This document shows positions 47,621-62,570 of a stretch of 64,000 nt of DNA, one piece after another. Every line of letters begins with the position of its first letter. Position 1 is the first letter of the stretch. The stretch lies in the NCBI RefSeq assembly GCF_009914755.1, contig NC_060927.1. One strand, 5' to 3'. Origin of the DNA: the human T2T-CHM13v2.0 reference genome, Homo sapiens. The notes beneath the pieces were generated by a model. It searched no databases. It saw only the letters and a program-made list of their open reading frames with translations, and was not told the DNA's origin. Position numbers and translations under genes: made by a program.

Positions 47621-49399
47621 GCAAGAGAAGAATAATACGCCTCCCTCTCCCGGAGATGCTGTTTCCCCTATTCAGCCTGCTCTCCACTCTTCTCCACACA
47701 CTGTATGGTGCATGAAGGAGGCTTATAAAGGCTACACCGACAGGCTCCTTTGTCTTCTGATGTGTATAGTTGGGTTCAGCTGATGGGAGGCCCTGGCAGG
47801 GGACCGGAGAGCAGGAGGAGTGGGTGCTTGGATCCAAGGACATGCTACCCACTCCCCAGGGGAATGTCTTTCCCCCGCTCCTTCCCTGCTGGGTCACAGA
47901 AGCTTGGCCACATCTCTGTCCCTGCATGGAAGCAATAGCTCCATCCCTGCATGGAAGTCTGTGTGGAAGCCACAGCTGTGTCAGGCAGCCCTCTCCTAGA
48001 GCTACGACCACTTTTGCAATGCTCCAAACGTCTCCTTCCCTTGGTCCACTTAAATCCATGCTTGCTGACCTCAGACACCTCATCATCCTCTTGTTAAATG
48101 CTCCTCAATTTCCTCCTGTGTGTGCATCTTCTATTTCCCACCAGGACCCTGCCTAATATACTCTCTTGTGGAGCTGATGGGAAGATTAAATAAAATCCCA
48201 CATGTAGCACACTCAACACAGTCCCTGGTACATGGTCAGTACTGGGCAGAGGTTCACTGTTACTATTGGCTACCTAGCTGCAAAGGCCCAAAGCTCTGAA
48301 CCATTATCCTACACTGCCACACCCCTCCCAACACACACATGTGCATGCACACATGCACACACATGCGCCCCACTGTAAGACAAACACGTGGTTTGGTGGA
48401 GTGCAAAGAACAAAAGACCTGTAGGGAGTGAAGTTTGGAACCTAAATTGTCCCTAAAGACCTCTTGTTTCCAGCCCATGGGCTCTGGGCCACTCTCTGAC
48501 TCTCACTGGAAATTTATCTCTCAGGCTTGGTTCTCCGTATCCTTGATTCTCTTCTGGGAACACAGGCTCTGTTACATAACAAGACAGAAGTCAGGACTTG
48601 GTTTCTGTCCCCACTTGGATGAGCAAATCACTTCACAGCTCTATTGCCCTTTCAAGTAGGTAATTAGGGAACCTTGCAAGACCAGGAGGTATAAAAGGAC
48701 CTCCGTGATGTGGCCAAGATGGTAGCAACACCACCAACCAAGGGTGCAAACAGTGATTGATGCTGCCATGGCCCAGAGGAGTGCTAGGGACCCTAGGAGG
48801 GTGGGCTCAGTTCCCTTCTCCAGGGTCCCAGTCCAATAGACTCCTAGACTCCTGAGGCATGGAGCTACCACAGCCCTTGGGGTGGCCGTGTTGTCCCAGG
48901 GCCATGTCTGTGCTGCTCCCCCATGCAACCTTGGACCCACCCTGGCAGGTGGGGTGGAGGCTCATAAAAGTATGATGAATAAATGAATGAATGAACACTT
49001 GAGTCCATAAGCTAGTTCAGGAGCCAGTGGAGCTCTTCCTGTATTTCAGGCCCAATGTATTTCAAAGTCCCTCCCCGCACCACATATGGCCTGAGGATTC
49101 TCTGGAAGAATCCCCCTGCTATCCCCACACACAAGACACTTTCCTCTTAGTAGTCTTTTGATTCAGCCAAATAAACACTCGCCAGGCCTATGACAGTTCT
49201 AGTTGGAAGGAAGAAAATGCTCCACTATTTTCATTAATTCCTCCTCTCCCATGTTGTCCAGGTAGAATTTCGCAGGAAAACCGCAAGGGCACTTTTAAGA
49301 AAACCACAGAGAGAGCTGTTGGCTGGAGAAGCTTGGCCAAGCTGGTGGGGAAGGGATGGTGCGTGCTCCCCATGAAGTGCTCACCCAAGAGTCCACCTG

Positions 49400-49760
49400 T
49401 CTTCAGGGTTGGATCCTCCCAGAAACAGACCTTGAGACAAGCAAGCAGTTAATTTAGGAGGAAGCACTAGTGGGGCAGGGAGGAGGAGAAGGAAAGGAAG
49501 TAAATAGCCTATTTCAGAGCAGGCTACCACCAGTGGCAATGGGGTCTCAATCCCTCCTACACAGACCCCACCTTGGGGCCATCCCACAGAAGGGCATCAA
49601 GCTGGGTACTCATCCTCCCACTTCTGTCCCTCTCCCTCACTGTTCAAGAGCTGCCACCAGGGCTGAGAAGCTCCCGCATGTCCAGCCTCCCCTGCACAGC
49701 CAAGAGAAAGCCCTTGGGTGGAGGGGTGAAGGGCATTGCAGGGGGAGCTACCCACACCAC
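49400..49760 (-). mobile_element. LTR16-like remnant
   Basis: tgtcttcagggttggatcctcccagaaacagaccttgagacaag ... gttaatttaggagg. Confidence 0.55.
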
Positions 49761-50169
49761 CATCACCTGATATGCACCATTAATCAATTAATCACCCATC
49801 AGCAGGCTGGAGCCTCCCGTGATGCATGTGTGCTTAGGCTGTGTCTGCAGGTCTGCCCTTTATAGCCCCGGCAACAGAGCTGTGAGACTGTGAGAACTGC
49901 CGTCTGCATTTCACAGATGAGGAAACGGAGCCATAGAGGTGACTTAGCTTTCCCAAGATCTCATCACTAATAGGCAAGAAATAAAAGTTCCTGCACTAAT
50001 ATAGCTTAAATTCTAGGGGAAGAAGACACACAATAAATAAAATGGATAAATAAAATGTGTGGGATTTTAAAATGCAATAAATGCTATGGAGAAGGGGTCA
50101 GGGGACAGGGAATACTGGGGTGGGGAGAGGTAGAGAATTCAATAGAATTCAATAGAGGTAGAGAATTCA

Positions 50170-50663
<494 letters not shown>

Positions 50664-53600
50664 TCATCTCAGGGGATGGGGGCCAGGTCATACAGGTCAC
50701 TACAGGGACTCTGATTTCTACTCTGAGTGAGGTGGATTCGGAGCAGAGGAGCAACGTGGTCTGACTTGCATTGAACAGAGTCACTCTGGCTACCAGGTTG
50801 AGAGGAAAATAAAGTAATGCGTGAATTAATGAATGAGCGAGTGAATGAAAGAATCAATGAGTGTCCTTGTACCTTCTTACGGATGAGTCTGAGCCACTTA
50901 CTTTAATGGAGAGACAAGGGGCAAGAGTTTAAAGGGAAGCTAGTGAAGCCCACACTGCAAAGGGTGGAATTCAAGCCCAGCAGACAGCAGCTGGGCCTGG
51001 CGGGAGATGCTGGTCTTGGCTGTGTCTGCAGCTGCCCCTCCACCCGTGTTTCCGCCCTGCCAGCACAGCCCCAGGGAGCAGCTGTGATCACAGACATGAA
51101 AGCAAGCCCCGTGCAGAAGATGATCAGAAGCCTTGTGACAACAGTTGTCCCTCAGAGTGCTGCTTTCAAGAGGCCTCGGGCCATCCCAGGGAGTCCTTCT
51201 CATCCTCCTCCAGCCCCTGGGCTGCAGAGCCCAGGCCATGACACTCTTACTCAAAAACAGCACACAGTTTCTGAAATAATAACACAGAGATGAAGGCTCC
51301 CCTGCTCTGAAGTGGGGGAGACTCACAGCCGCCTATGAAGACACCTTAGGGGTACTGGTCAAAAATGTGGCTGACAGATGATGAAACCTACCCCCCATCA
51401 GAGCATTTTGAATCAAGCATTTTTTTCTCTCTCCTCCTCTGTCTCTCTGCCTTTGTGTTGCAAATTGCGAAGTTAGAAAGGAAGGAAGATAGGAGGTGAA
51501 GGGAGAGAAAAATGAAGGAAGGGAAGGGAAAAGAATAAAAGAAATGGAAGACCCTTGTATGAGCATCAACTATGGGCAGGACACACTACCGAATACTTTC
51601 TATTCTATTCATTAGTTCATTTAATCCATTCAACAGCCCTATGAAGTAACTCCTATCAATAGGCCTATTTTGCAGATGTGGAAAATGAGGCTCAGAGAGG
51701 TTAAGTCACCTGCCCAAAGACACAGAGTGGAGAAGTGATGGAGCTGGCACTGTGTGTTCTAATGCTGATTCTGCCTACATGCAACAGTCTGATGGGGGGC
51801 ATGTTCTGTGCCCCATTTCTTGGCAGAGTCAAGATTGGACACCCTGAGATAGCTGCATCCCAGGCTCTGTGCCTGGGGGAGTGATGGAGCCTGGAGAAGG
51901 AAAGATACCAGGTGAAGGAGCCAGGGCTCTTCCTCTTTTTAGCCCCCTGAGCTCCCCTCTTGTTCAGCCACCTGGCATCACTCAGTTCCATGTGCCCTGG
52001 TTTCTCCACTCACTCACCATCCATGAGCTGAGCCATGCTGTGGAACCCAAGAGGACTCAAACCTCAGCCCTGCCCATATGGGGCTACTAGGCCAGGAGGC
52101 ACATGCAACTGAAATCCAGGGTGAACATTTTCAACTATTCCCAAAGGACGTCCCTTCGATCTTCCACAGGGATTTGACTAATTCCATTTATTCCCCACCA
52201 TTCCCTGCATAACCCTCCATGACATGCTATGTGCCTGACCCTGGGGCCACAATGGTGCACAAGACAAGGTACCTGCCCTCTGGAGCTCTCAGCCAGGCTA
52301 CCAGGGGAGGCAGATGTGTACACCAACAGATCCAGAACAAGATTATAAGTGCCTCAGAGGCAATCTTTTCAGAGTTGAGTGGAAACTCAGAAAGAGCTCA
52401 CTGTAGAAGGTAGAGTAGACATTGGAGCTGGGTTTTTGAAGCATAATTAGGAGTTTTCTCAAACCAAAAAGACAGGCCTGGGCATTCCAGGTGGAGGGAA
52501 GAGCTTGGGCAAAGGCCCAGGGGTCTGAAAGGACATGGTGCAGCCCTGGAATTTCCAGGAGGCCACAGCAGAAGGAGGCATAGTGTGCCCATGTCTCTTC
52601 TTTTTTCTTACTATGCAGTCTCTAAAAATCCCCTCTACTGCTGGAGCAATTCCACTCTGCCCTCAATGTGCATCCCTCAAGTGTTAATTAGTCCAGCACT
52701 CCCACTGGAGATTTTACCCCTAGTCTCTCCCAAAAAGTATATAGGCATTCATCCAAATAAAACAGGTCTCTCCCTTGGGGGAAGTCTGCTGCTGAGAGCA
52801 TATGATTTTCCTCACATTGTTACTCAAAAGATTGGAGAGGTTATTTCCTTCCACTGGAAGGCAGGAGTAAGGAGAGAGGCTGCCATTCCAGCGAGGAGGC
52901 CAAGTGACTTGGCAGTGCTATGGGAGTGGATTGGGGAGCAAGGAAAAGTGATGGGTGGGATGGAGAGAGAGGCTGGATCCGATGGAGGATGCCAAGGGCC
53001 CAGGCTGGGCTGCTAGACATGCTGATGGGGTAGGGGGTGCTGTGGGCAGCTTGGTCAACCTAGGCCCCGGATGGCACAGCCAATGGCACCCCAGCCTTGC
53101 TTGGGGTAAGCACAGAGTTGGCATTTGGAGCTGTCAGAAGTGATTAATTCATCAAAAACACAGCACACTGGAAAACTGGCTGTGACTCAATGGCTCATTA
53201 ATACTCAGACTCTGATCAGCCCGCAGATGCTAATTAAAGCCACTCCGAATAAAGGGCAGCCTCCTGAGAGCTCCAGCATGAACCTTTCCCTCACTCCCCT
53301 TGGCAGGGCACCCTCAGAGCCTGGGGGAGGTGAGCATAGTGGGTGGGCTCTAGGCCTCCATTGAGGACAGACTCATTCTTGGTAGCTCTTGAGTGACAGG
53401 GCCCAGTGGCATTTGGAGAGGATCTGTTCCAATGCCTGCCATTTTGCAGATGGAGAAACTGAGGCTCAGGGAGGAGCAGGGGCTTTCTCAAGGCCACTTA
53501 GCAAGAATGTAACCAAGCCTGGCTCAACTGAGGCCTGAGCCCTTCCTATTCTGTTCCTCTTGACACTGTGCAGGCTGAAGGAAGGACAGGAAGGTGAACA

Positions 53601-54822
53601 CAGTGTAGCCACAGCCCTCAGGATGATTACAGGTCAACGGGAGGTCATTTCTGGGAGGGTTTCAATCTCGCCTTGTTCAACTCCACATCCCAGCCCCCAG
53701 CCTAGAGCCTGGTACAGAGAAGATGCCTAACAAAATGCTGAACAAATTTATGCACGAGTGGACTATAATTTATGCCAGACTGTGAACAGGTGCTTTAATC
53801 AGATACAAAGTGCTCTGTGAGTATGGAAGAAGAAGAGATCAAGGAACGCTTCCTGGAAGAAGAAGCATCAAAGTGAGCCTTCAGGTAAAGAGGCACAGAC
53901 TGGCCCTGCCTGAGCCTGCTCTGAGTATCTTCTCATTTCATCCTCACGACAACCCAACCATGATTATAGCAATGATTATATCAATTCTACAGATGAGGAA
54001 ACTGAGGTCCAGTCAAGTTAAGTCCTTTCCCCAAGGTCCCACAGCCAGAAAGTAAAGGAGTTGGGACTTGGATCCAGGTCTTCCTGGCATCAAAGCCCAT
54101 CCCTCACCAGTGTTTGGAAGCTCAGCTAAAGAAGCCCTGACAGAGATGAGTCTTCCCAAACTCCCCAGGACGTGGCAGGATGCCTATGTCCCTCCATCCC
54201 AACATCATGCCTGCCCCCTCCTGTCATAGGGTCTAGTCAGGTGTGTCTATGGAGGGGATCAGGATGGGATCACCACGTCCACATCCAGCATGGGTTTTGC
54301 AGCCTGGGAGCCACCCACCAACATCTGTTGAGGGGACTTTAACCCAAACACCTCCGCAGAGGGCTGCTGGGAGGATTCCATGAACCAGACTCACAAACTG
54401 AGCACTGGGCATGCAGTGAGTGCCCTCCAGGAGGAGCAAAGGTTGCATTTGGGCTGTTCATTGTTATTCGCATTTGACCAGCCTCCCTTCCTGGATTCAA
54501 AGTCATTCTTGTCTCCAGAGAGGAGCAGACCGAGGACAGTCATGGGTCACACAGCCACGGGAGGCTCAAAGCCAAGTTTTCCAACTCCTGACTCCCCAGG
54601 AAAGGTTCCTTGTTCTCAGAAAACTGCCCATTCAGCCAAGGTTGAGGTCTGTGTCCTTTGACAACATAAAAGCCCCTTCTGATGAAATGATTCAACTGCA
54701 TTTCCACCAGGGAGCCAACAGCTGCTTCCCACGTCATGCTGTTCCCACCCCTGCCTGGTCCCGATCAGAGTCTGGAGGCACTGCACCTCAGACTCACCTG
54801 GAGTGTGCTAGGGAAAGTGCAT

Positions 54823-55006
54823 GAGCCCAGGGGAATGTGTGTGTGTGTGTGCCCAGTGTGTGTATGAGAGTGTGAGAGTGTGTATAAGCTCAGGGGAATG
54901 TGGTTTTTTGTACCTAGTGTGAGCCTGTGTGTGTGTGAGCCCAGGGGAAGCATGTGTGCATGTGCACATGCCCAGTGTGAGTGTACATGAGTGTGTGGGT
55001 GTGTGT
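54823..55006. repeat. TG-rich degenerate minisatellite, three copies of a 50-70 bp unit
   Basis: Anchor gagcccaggggaa/aagctcaggggaa recurs near 54823, 54886 and 54937, each followed by TG runs and (g/a)cc(c/t)agtgtg. Confidence 0.8.
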
Positions 55007-55069
55007 AAAGGGTGTGAGACCGATGTGAGTCTGTGGGTGGTGCGTGTGAACCCAGCAGGAGTCGGAGGG

Positions 55070-55450
55070 AGGGGGTGTTGTTTCAGTCGGCTAAGGCTGG
55101 TGACGCTGCAGTTACAAATGGCCCCCAGTCTCAATGGCTCACAGCAGCACAGATTTACTTCTCAGCATCTACCAGTTAATTTGCAGGTCACCTATGGCTC
55201 TGCTCTCTGTCAGCTGCATCCCAGGACCTAGAGTAAACGGGCAGCCTCTAGCTGGAACACTGCGGGTCACTGTGGCAGAGGGAAAAGAGCATGAAGGAGC
55301 CATGAACTGGTTTTCAAGGCTCCTGCGCAGAAGTGACTCCTCGCTCTTCCACCCTATTCTATGGCCAGAGTGGACACACAGCCGAGCCTGACTGCAACAG
55401 GATGGGAAGTGAAATCCCCTCTTGGGGAAGGCCAGGAAATACCTGTGAAC
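55070..55450 (-). mobile_element. MaLR LTR (old MLT1 type)
   Basis: gctgcagttacaaatggcccccagtctcaatggctcacagcagcacagatttacttctc ... cctattctatggccagag. Confidence 0.6.
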
Positions 55451-58023
55451 AAGGACACAGGCTGCACGCCTGTGATTCCATGAGGAAAAGCACACGGCTT
55501 CCTTGACTTCTCCCTTGCATGTGAGTCCAAGTGAAAAAGAGCCAGTGTGCAAATCTGCCCTTTGGGGTGTCTTGCTTCTGGGTGCAAACACATATAGGCT
55601 GGTGTTTCTGGATTACAAAAATGTGTGATCACTGTGTGCAAAAGCCCGTGGACCAATGGACAGGTGCCAGAGCACGTGTGATGGGAAGAATGCGGGAAGG
55701 GAGTGCGTGTGTGTATCCTCACCCTCATCGCAGCACTGTCTGAACCCGTCTGTATATACACCGAACGCCCCCTACATTCACACCCGAGCATACGCTCCCT
55801 TCCACAAGGAAGAGGCTCTCGCAGATGGGACGTGAGATGCTCAATTTCCCAACTGATGATTTAGCAGGTTCATTCACCCCTCATTTGTGGCCATCTGTCA
55901 CCTTCCACAAGGTGGCTGTCTCCACCTGGCCTGCACACTGTGGTTGCAAAGGAATGGCAGCAGGACCAAAATGCACAGCTTCTGTCCTCAGCTGCCAACT
56001 CTGAAGATGGGATCCCCCTCCCAGTTTCAGGACTGTCCTTCTAAGAGCTGCCCTGAGGGTTAGGAGCCCCGTAGGAGACAGGTCAGCCTTAAGCCTCCCC
56101 AAAAGATATGTCTCTTAATGCCTTAGACTCCCCCAAATCTCCAGCAACTTTTCTCTCCTCCTAGTCTGTCCCCACCTTCCTTAAATGGGCCTCTGGTGGG
56201 AAAAAGCCAGCCCCTAATAATCACTGAATCGCCACTCCTTGGGTGCTGGTCCTTGTGCCAGCACTTGACACGTCTCATTGACCTGTCACGAAACCCAGCA
56301 GACAGGGACTTCTGTTGTTCCCATTTGACAGATGAAGAAACTGAGACTCAGAGAGGTGCCCAACCTCACACAGCCCACTTACAGCTAAACGGGGGCTTCT
56401 ACCAAGGCCTCCCTGTTCAGCCTTTTTCAATGGGTCCAGGCTGCTCAGGTCACCTCCTCCAGGAAGCCGACCAGACCAACGGCCTGGAGGGGCTGTAGCA
56501 GGACAGGAGTCCTAGATGTGGATGCTGAGGGAGGGAGAGCAGGCAGTCCAGGTCACTGTGTCTTCTTCTCTGGCAACACTCACTCCTCAGGTAGACTCAG
56601 AGATCCTCCCTCAGATAGACCTCCCTTTGGCCCTGACTCCAGCCTCTAACACATCCTAAAAACCAGCCTTCTGAGCTGTGGGTGATTTTATCAAGTCCCA
56701 TCTCAACCACTGCCTGCCCTGGTGCCCCATCCCCCTTGGGATGGGACTCAGCCTCACACGTGCTCTATGAGGCCTGCGCACCTCTCCAGCTTTGGCACTC
56801 CATGCTCCCTCCTCTCTTCCTTCCTCACACCTCACACCCGCTGCGCTCCTTATTCCCTGGTCCCCTACCAGGAGCCCCTTTCCTTCTCCTTCCTGCTTTC
56901 CCTGTCCAACTCCTGACCAACTCAGCAAAGTCTTTCCACAACAGGGACCCCGTAGTTCCCTACCCCACCCAACAGTGGAATAGCACCCCTCACTCCACAA
57001 GGCAACCGCATCTCCACTGCTGAATTCCAAGTTCCCTGTTAACTGCCGCATCCTTGGCTAATCACTTAACAGAGACCCTTGATCTCCCCCGCCCCAGGCC
57101 AGGTATTACTATTCTAGAGGCCAGCGTTATAAGAAAACGAAAATGGAAGGCAGAATGGAGAGTGACTCAGACTGGGCAGCAGCTGTCAGAAAGGTGTTCA
57201 GGGAAGGCTGGCAGTGACAAGCGCGCAGAGACCCGAACGATGAAGGGAGCCATCCCATCCGTGCAAAGCTCTGAGAGGAGGGCATGGCTGGCAGATGGAG
57301 GAATGGGCTTGGCATATTCAGGGCACACTCGTGTGGCTGCATTTTAGGCAGCTGGGGGAGGACAGGGTTTCAGCAAGGGAGCAAAGGGTTTCAAGAACGT
57401 TTTTATTCCATCTTTGAATACTCCAGGCCACCTCGTCCAGGGAGCCTTCTCTGATTGCCCATCCTTCATGTCTCTGAGCTCTCCCAGCCCAGACCCCTGA
57501 GGTAGGTTCCCAAACACCTCTTGGCCCCCTTAAGACGGAGGAGTGTCAGAGGATGGAAAAAGCATTTTACAACAGGGCCTTCCTCTGGTCCCAGGCTCCA
57601 TGGCCAGGAGAGCATCTGTGGGGTTTGGATAGGGTCCCAAATGGGACAGTTGTCCTCTGTGTCAGCTCCAGCTCCAGTTAGCAGGTCCTTTGGGGAGGCA
57701 GGCTGGACTGGCTGGAATGAGGCTTGGTTATTTATGGATTTCAATTTCCCCACTCCTGCATCTCCTGGGTGTATCACAAGGAGGCTGCAGAAAAGAATTT
57801 TGCCTCAGACTAGCAGAGGGATCCAACTGCCACGTGAATCAAACACCTCTAGGGGACCCATGGACATTTAGGGGTAGTGTCTGAGAGATAAAAAGAGACT
57901 GCACAAAGGGCTCTAGGCTGGGAGTCAGAAAACCAGGTTTCTAGTTCTGGCTCTGCCCCAACTTTAGGGAAGCCCTTCTCTGGGCCCCAATTTCCACCTT
58001 AATAAAGACAGACATTAATCTAG

Positions 58024-58265
58024 GTCAGGGATCAATGAGTTTTTTTGGTAAGATATTTAGGTAAGATATTTGGTAAGGTAAGCCATACAGTAAATATTTA
58101 GGCTTTGGGGGCCTTATGGTCTCTGTCACAACTACTTAATTCTGCTCTACAGCCATAGACAGTATGTGAGCAAATGGGCATGGCCATGTTCCAGTAAAAC
58201 CTTACTACAAACAGGTAGTAGGCAGAATTTGGCCTGTGGGCTATAGATTGGTTTCCTGTGACCTA
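58024..58265. mobile_element. MER58A-like hAT MITE
   Basis: cagtaaatatttaggctttgggggccttatggtctctgtcacaactacttaattctgc ... aatgggcatggccatgttccagtaaaac. Confidence 0.8.
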
Positions 58266-58269
58266 GGTG

Positions 58270-58690
58270 ACCCTTCTGATAGGTTGCAAGCAACAAAATC
58301 CCAATGCTAAGTGCTGTAAGCTAAACATTACCTAGGTCAGAAGGACTTACTGGGTCACATAAAAGTCCCAGGGAGACATCAGGCATGGCTGGATCCAGGG
58401 ACTCAAATGATATCATTAGGACTCACTAAACACTCTTTCATGGGGGAAACATGGCTGTCAGCATCAAGAGTTCCAGGATTTATTTTGATTGGACCAGCTT
58501 GGGTCATGTGCTCCTCCCTGAACCAATCACTGTGGTGGAAGAGATGAAGTTCTCCTGATTGGCCAGGCTTGGGTCATGTGCCCATCTCTAGTGCTGGAGG
58601 TGAGTCGAGCCCTACCTAAACTACATGATCTGGACAGAGTAAAGGGGTGGTACTCCTGAGGAAATTTGGGGTGCTCTTGCTGAAAGAAAG
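58270..58690 (-). mobile_element. MaLR LTR (MLT1J/K-like)
   Basis: ggttgcaagcaacaaaatcc ... caggcatggctggatccaggg ... tgattggaccagcttgggtcatgtgctcctccctgaaccaatcactgtg. Confidence 0.7.
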
Positions 58691-59859
58691 GGCAATGTAC
58701 AGGGCTGCACTTGCATATAGTGAACCTTCATGTAAATTAGAACAGCACCCCTCTGGGTGGACGTAGCCCCACACTTTGGCTTGGCCAGTGGAGCACAGAC
58801 TGGATTTCAGCCCACATTCCCCCCACCCCCGGGTCAGACACCTGTGTGGGGAATGACATGCGCTCATGGTGCATGGGACGGCCCTGGGAGTAGACTCCAC
58901 CAGATGTCCATGTGGCCCTTCCAGGTGGACAGTCAGGGGTTCATTGCATGGAGTTTGTTCTCAAAGTTTTTTGTCACGATGTCATTGTTTCTCTCTGGAT
59001 AATAGTAGCCACCTCCTGGATGCCTCTTAGTCCCCAGTCACTCTTCCCATCCAACCTATACACACACCATCACCAGATTAATTTTCCCAAAGCTTCCAAG
59101 TCAATCCCCTGCTCAAAAAACCTACTTAGCTTCCCCTGGGCACCAGAGCAAGGTCCTCATACCTCAGTCTCATGCTCAAGGTATCCAGTGGTCCCTCCTT
59201 AGTTTCTCTTCTCAGGCTTCTCTCTTCCACTTTTTATGCTGGACTAAGAGTTCAAGCCTTGAGTTGGCCCCATCATTCATTAACCATGTGACCTTGAACA
59301 AATCCCTGTCCCTCTTTAGGCCCTCAACCTCCTCATCTGTGAATTTGGGGATTACCATTGATGTATCTTGAGAAACATGAGTCATTTTTACACTATAAAA
59401 TATTACACAAACACCAAGTGTTACTATTATGTCTCCTCCCCTCGTAACAGAAGCCCTCATAACAGTCATAATTCACATTTCACTAGAGTGTAGGCCCTAC
59501 ATTGACCTGAAAATTTCACCCAAATATGTCTGGGAAGCCCCAAGAGATATCTCCTAGGTTCTCACCAACCAGCCTGGCAGCACTAGTTGCCTATAACAGC
59601 TGCCACCCTCTATCTCTCCAGCATCCACATTTGCTGTCCCTGCTGATGCCTGGGCTCAAGGTGCTGTCCTCAGCTGTCTCTCAAGATGCTGGACTGATGC
59701 TGTAGCCAAGCATATCTGGGGACAAGAAAGGGATCCTCTCTTTCACACCTGTGGGGCTGGGCAGAGCCCCCTGGGCCCAGAGCCTCATGCAGACCCCTAT
59801 GGAAGAGACCTCTTCAGCTTCCACCATAGCCTCTTCCTCTAACAGCCCAGCCCAGGAGT

Positions 59860-60310
59860 TTCTGGCCTTCCACGGTGCAAAGAGAACTCAGGAGGTCCGT
59901 GAACTTGCATGGGGAAAACATTACAGCTTTATTCTCATCCATTTCTTTACAGTAGGAATAAAGATAGCAAGCCACAGTGGTGTCAGCTGTACCTATGACT
60001 CTGCAACCAGTAGCAATCACGTGTTTTCCTATCACCTTGCAGTTGTTACAGCAATCTTTTCAATATTGTTTACATTCATCACGACTTTGAAATCACAGTA
60101 GTGACTAGATCCAATGTTAGATCTTGTTTAACGCGTTGATGGAATCGTACATATTTGTATGTGTAACAATTTTGATTTTTAAAGTATTTTGATAACTCTG
60201 TTCCTTTGTTATCCAGTATATTGTATTTTACGCATTTAAAAGAATTTTTCTCAGAAAGAGCTACATACCAGCATGCTAAAATGGCCCATGGCACAAACAA
60301 CATCGTTAGA
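59860..60310. mobile_element. hAT Charlie4-like DNA transposon
   Basis: ggaggtccgtgaacttgcatggggaaaa ... gactttgaaatcacagtag ... tattttacgcatttaaaa ... cccatggcacaaa. Confidence 0.65.
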
Positions 60311-61083
60311 TGTCAGGATTCTTACCATCCCAGGCTCTCCTTTGCCTTCTCCTCTTTTCTTCTTCCTCCTCCTCTTCCAAATGCATGCAAATAAGGGATG
60401 CACACTTCATCAAACAGCCCTAAACCTGTCAGAGCAGCTGCTAGCAGAAGCCAAGTTCATGCCTGGCTTTCTCCCGTCTCCTGTGCCAGCCCCCACCGCA
60501 CGCCCTCCCGATCCTGGTGATTTTTAAAGTGAAAAGCAGGTAGCTACTGTGCCAGTGAGAAACAGCCCCTCCCCCACCTCCCCTCAGCCTGCGCCCTCTT
60601 CCTCTCTCTGCTCACCAGGGCTGCGGCATCACACGCATCACATTCCCATGCCTGGAGACAGAGCATGGTTCTGTAAACAGGGCTGTGGGCTCTACCACAC
60701 TCCCTCCCTCAAAGCACTGACCTTCTCCCCACTGCTGAAGAAAGGGACTTGTGCATGTGGCCCCCTGGGAACTGAGTCTGACCCAGAAATCATGATGACT
60801 GGCAGGCTCACCCCAAAAGAATGAGAGGCGTTTATTTCTCTTCTGTTCTCTGAAGAGGAAGAGCTCAGTTATGTGTTCTGAAGATTGCGGGCTTCCCCAC
60901 TCTGTCTAAGATGGAAGGAATCTACCGCAAGGAAAGCAGGCCCCAAAACTGCCAGAGAAACAGGGCAGCCGTGTCCAGGCAGACCTGGTTGCAAGCACGA
61001 CTACCTCTCTGTGAGATGGAGTATGCAATCTCATGGAGACACGTCACCCATCTCGGTCCACATGAGCAGCTGAGATTGTATTA

Positions 61084-61960
<877 letters not shown>

Positions 61961-61966
61961 ATAATT

Positions 61967-62263
61967 TATTATTATTATTATTATTATTTTTTGAGACAGA
62001 GTCTCACTCTGTCACCCAGGCTAGAGTGCAGTGGTGTGATCTTGGCTCACTGCAACTTCCACCTCCTGGATTCAAGCGATTCTCATGCCTCAACCACCTG
62101 AGTAGCTGAAATTACAGGCATGCACCACCATGCCTGGCTAATTAGTAGAGACAGGGTTTTGCCATGTTGACCAGGCTGGTCTCAAACTCCTGGCCTCAAG
62201 GGATCCACCTGCCTCAGTCTCCCAAAGTACAAGGATTACAGGCATGAGCCACTACACCCAGTC
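61967..62263 (-). mobile_element. Alu (S or Jb type) with (TTA)n tail
   Basis: ttttgagacagagtctcactctgtcacccaggctagagtgcagtgg ... ggattacaggcatgagccactacacccag. Confidence 0.95.
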
Positions 62264-62267
62264 TAAC

Positions 62268-62570
62268 TTTGTTTTGTTTGTTTGTTTGTTTTAGAGACAG
62301 AGTCTCGCTCTGTTGCCCAGGCTGGAGTGCAGTGGCGTAATCCCAGCTCACCACAGCCTCAAACTCCCAGACTCAAATGATCCTCTCCCCACAGCCTCCT
62401 GAGTAGCTAGGACTACGTGTGTGCGCCACCACACCCAGCTAATTCTTATAAAACATTTTGCAGAGATGGGGTGGGGTCTTGCTACTTTGCCCAGGCTGGT
62501 CTCAAACTCCTAAACTCAACCAATGCCCCCACCTTGCTTGGATTACAGGCATGAGCCACCATGTCTGGCC
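62268..62570 (-). mobile_element. AluJ with (TTTG)n tail
   Basis: gagacagagtctcgctctgttgcccaggctggagtgcagtggcgtaatcccagctcaccacagcctcaaactcccagactcaaatgatcctc. Confidence 0.93.

Noticed and set aside
58486-58585. Direct repeat tgattgg...gcttgggtcatgtgc
   Set aside because: Appears intrinsic to the MLT1J/K-type LTR it lies in
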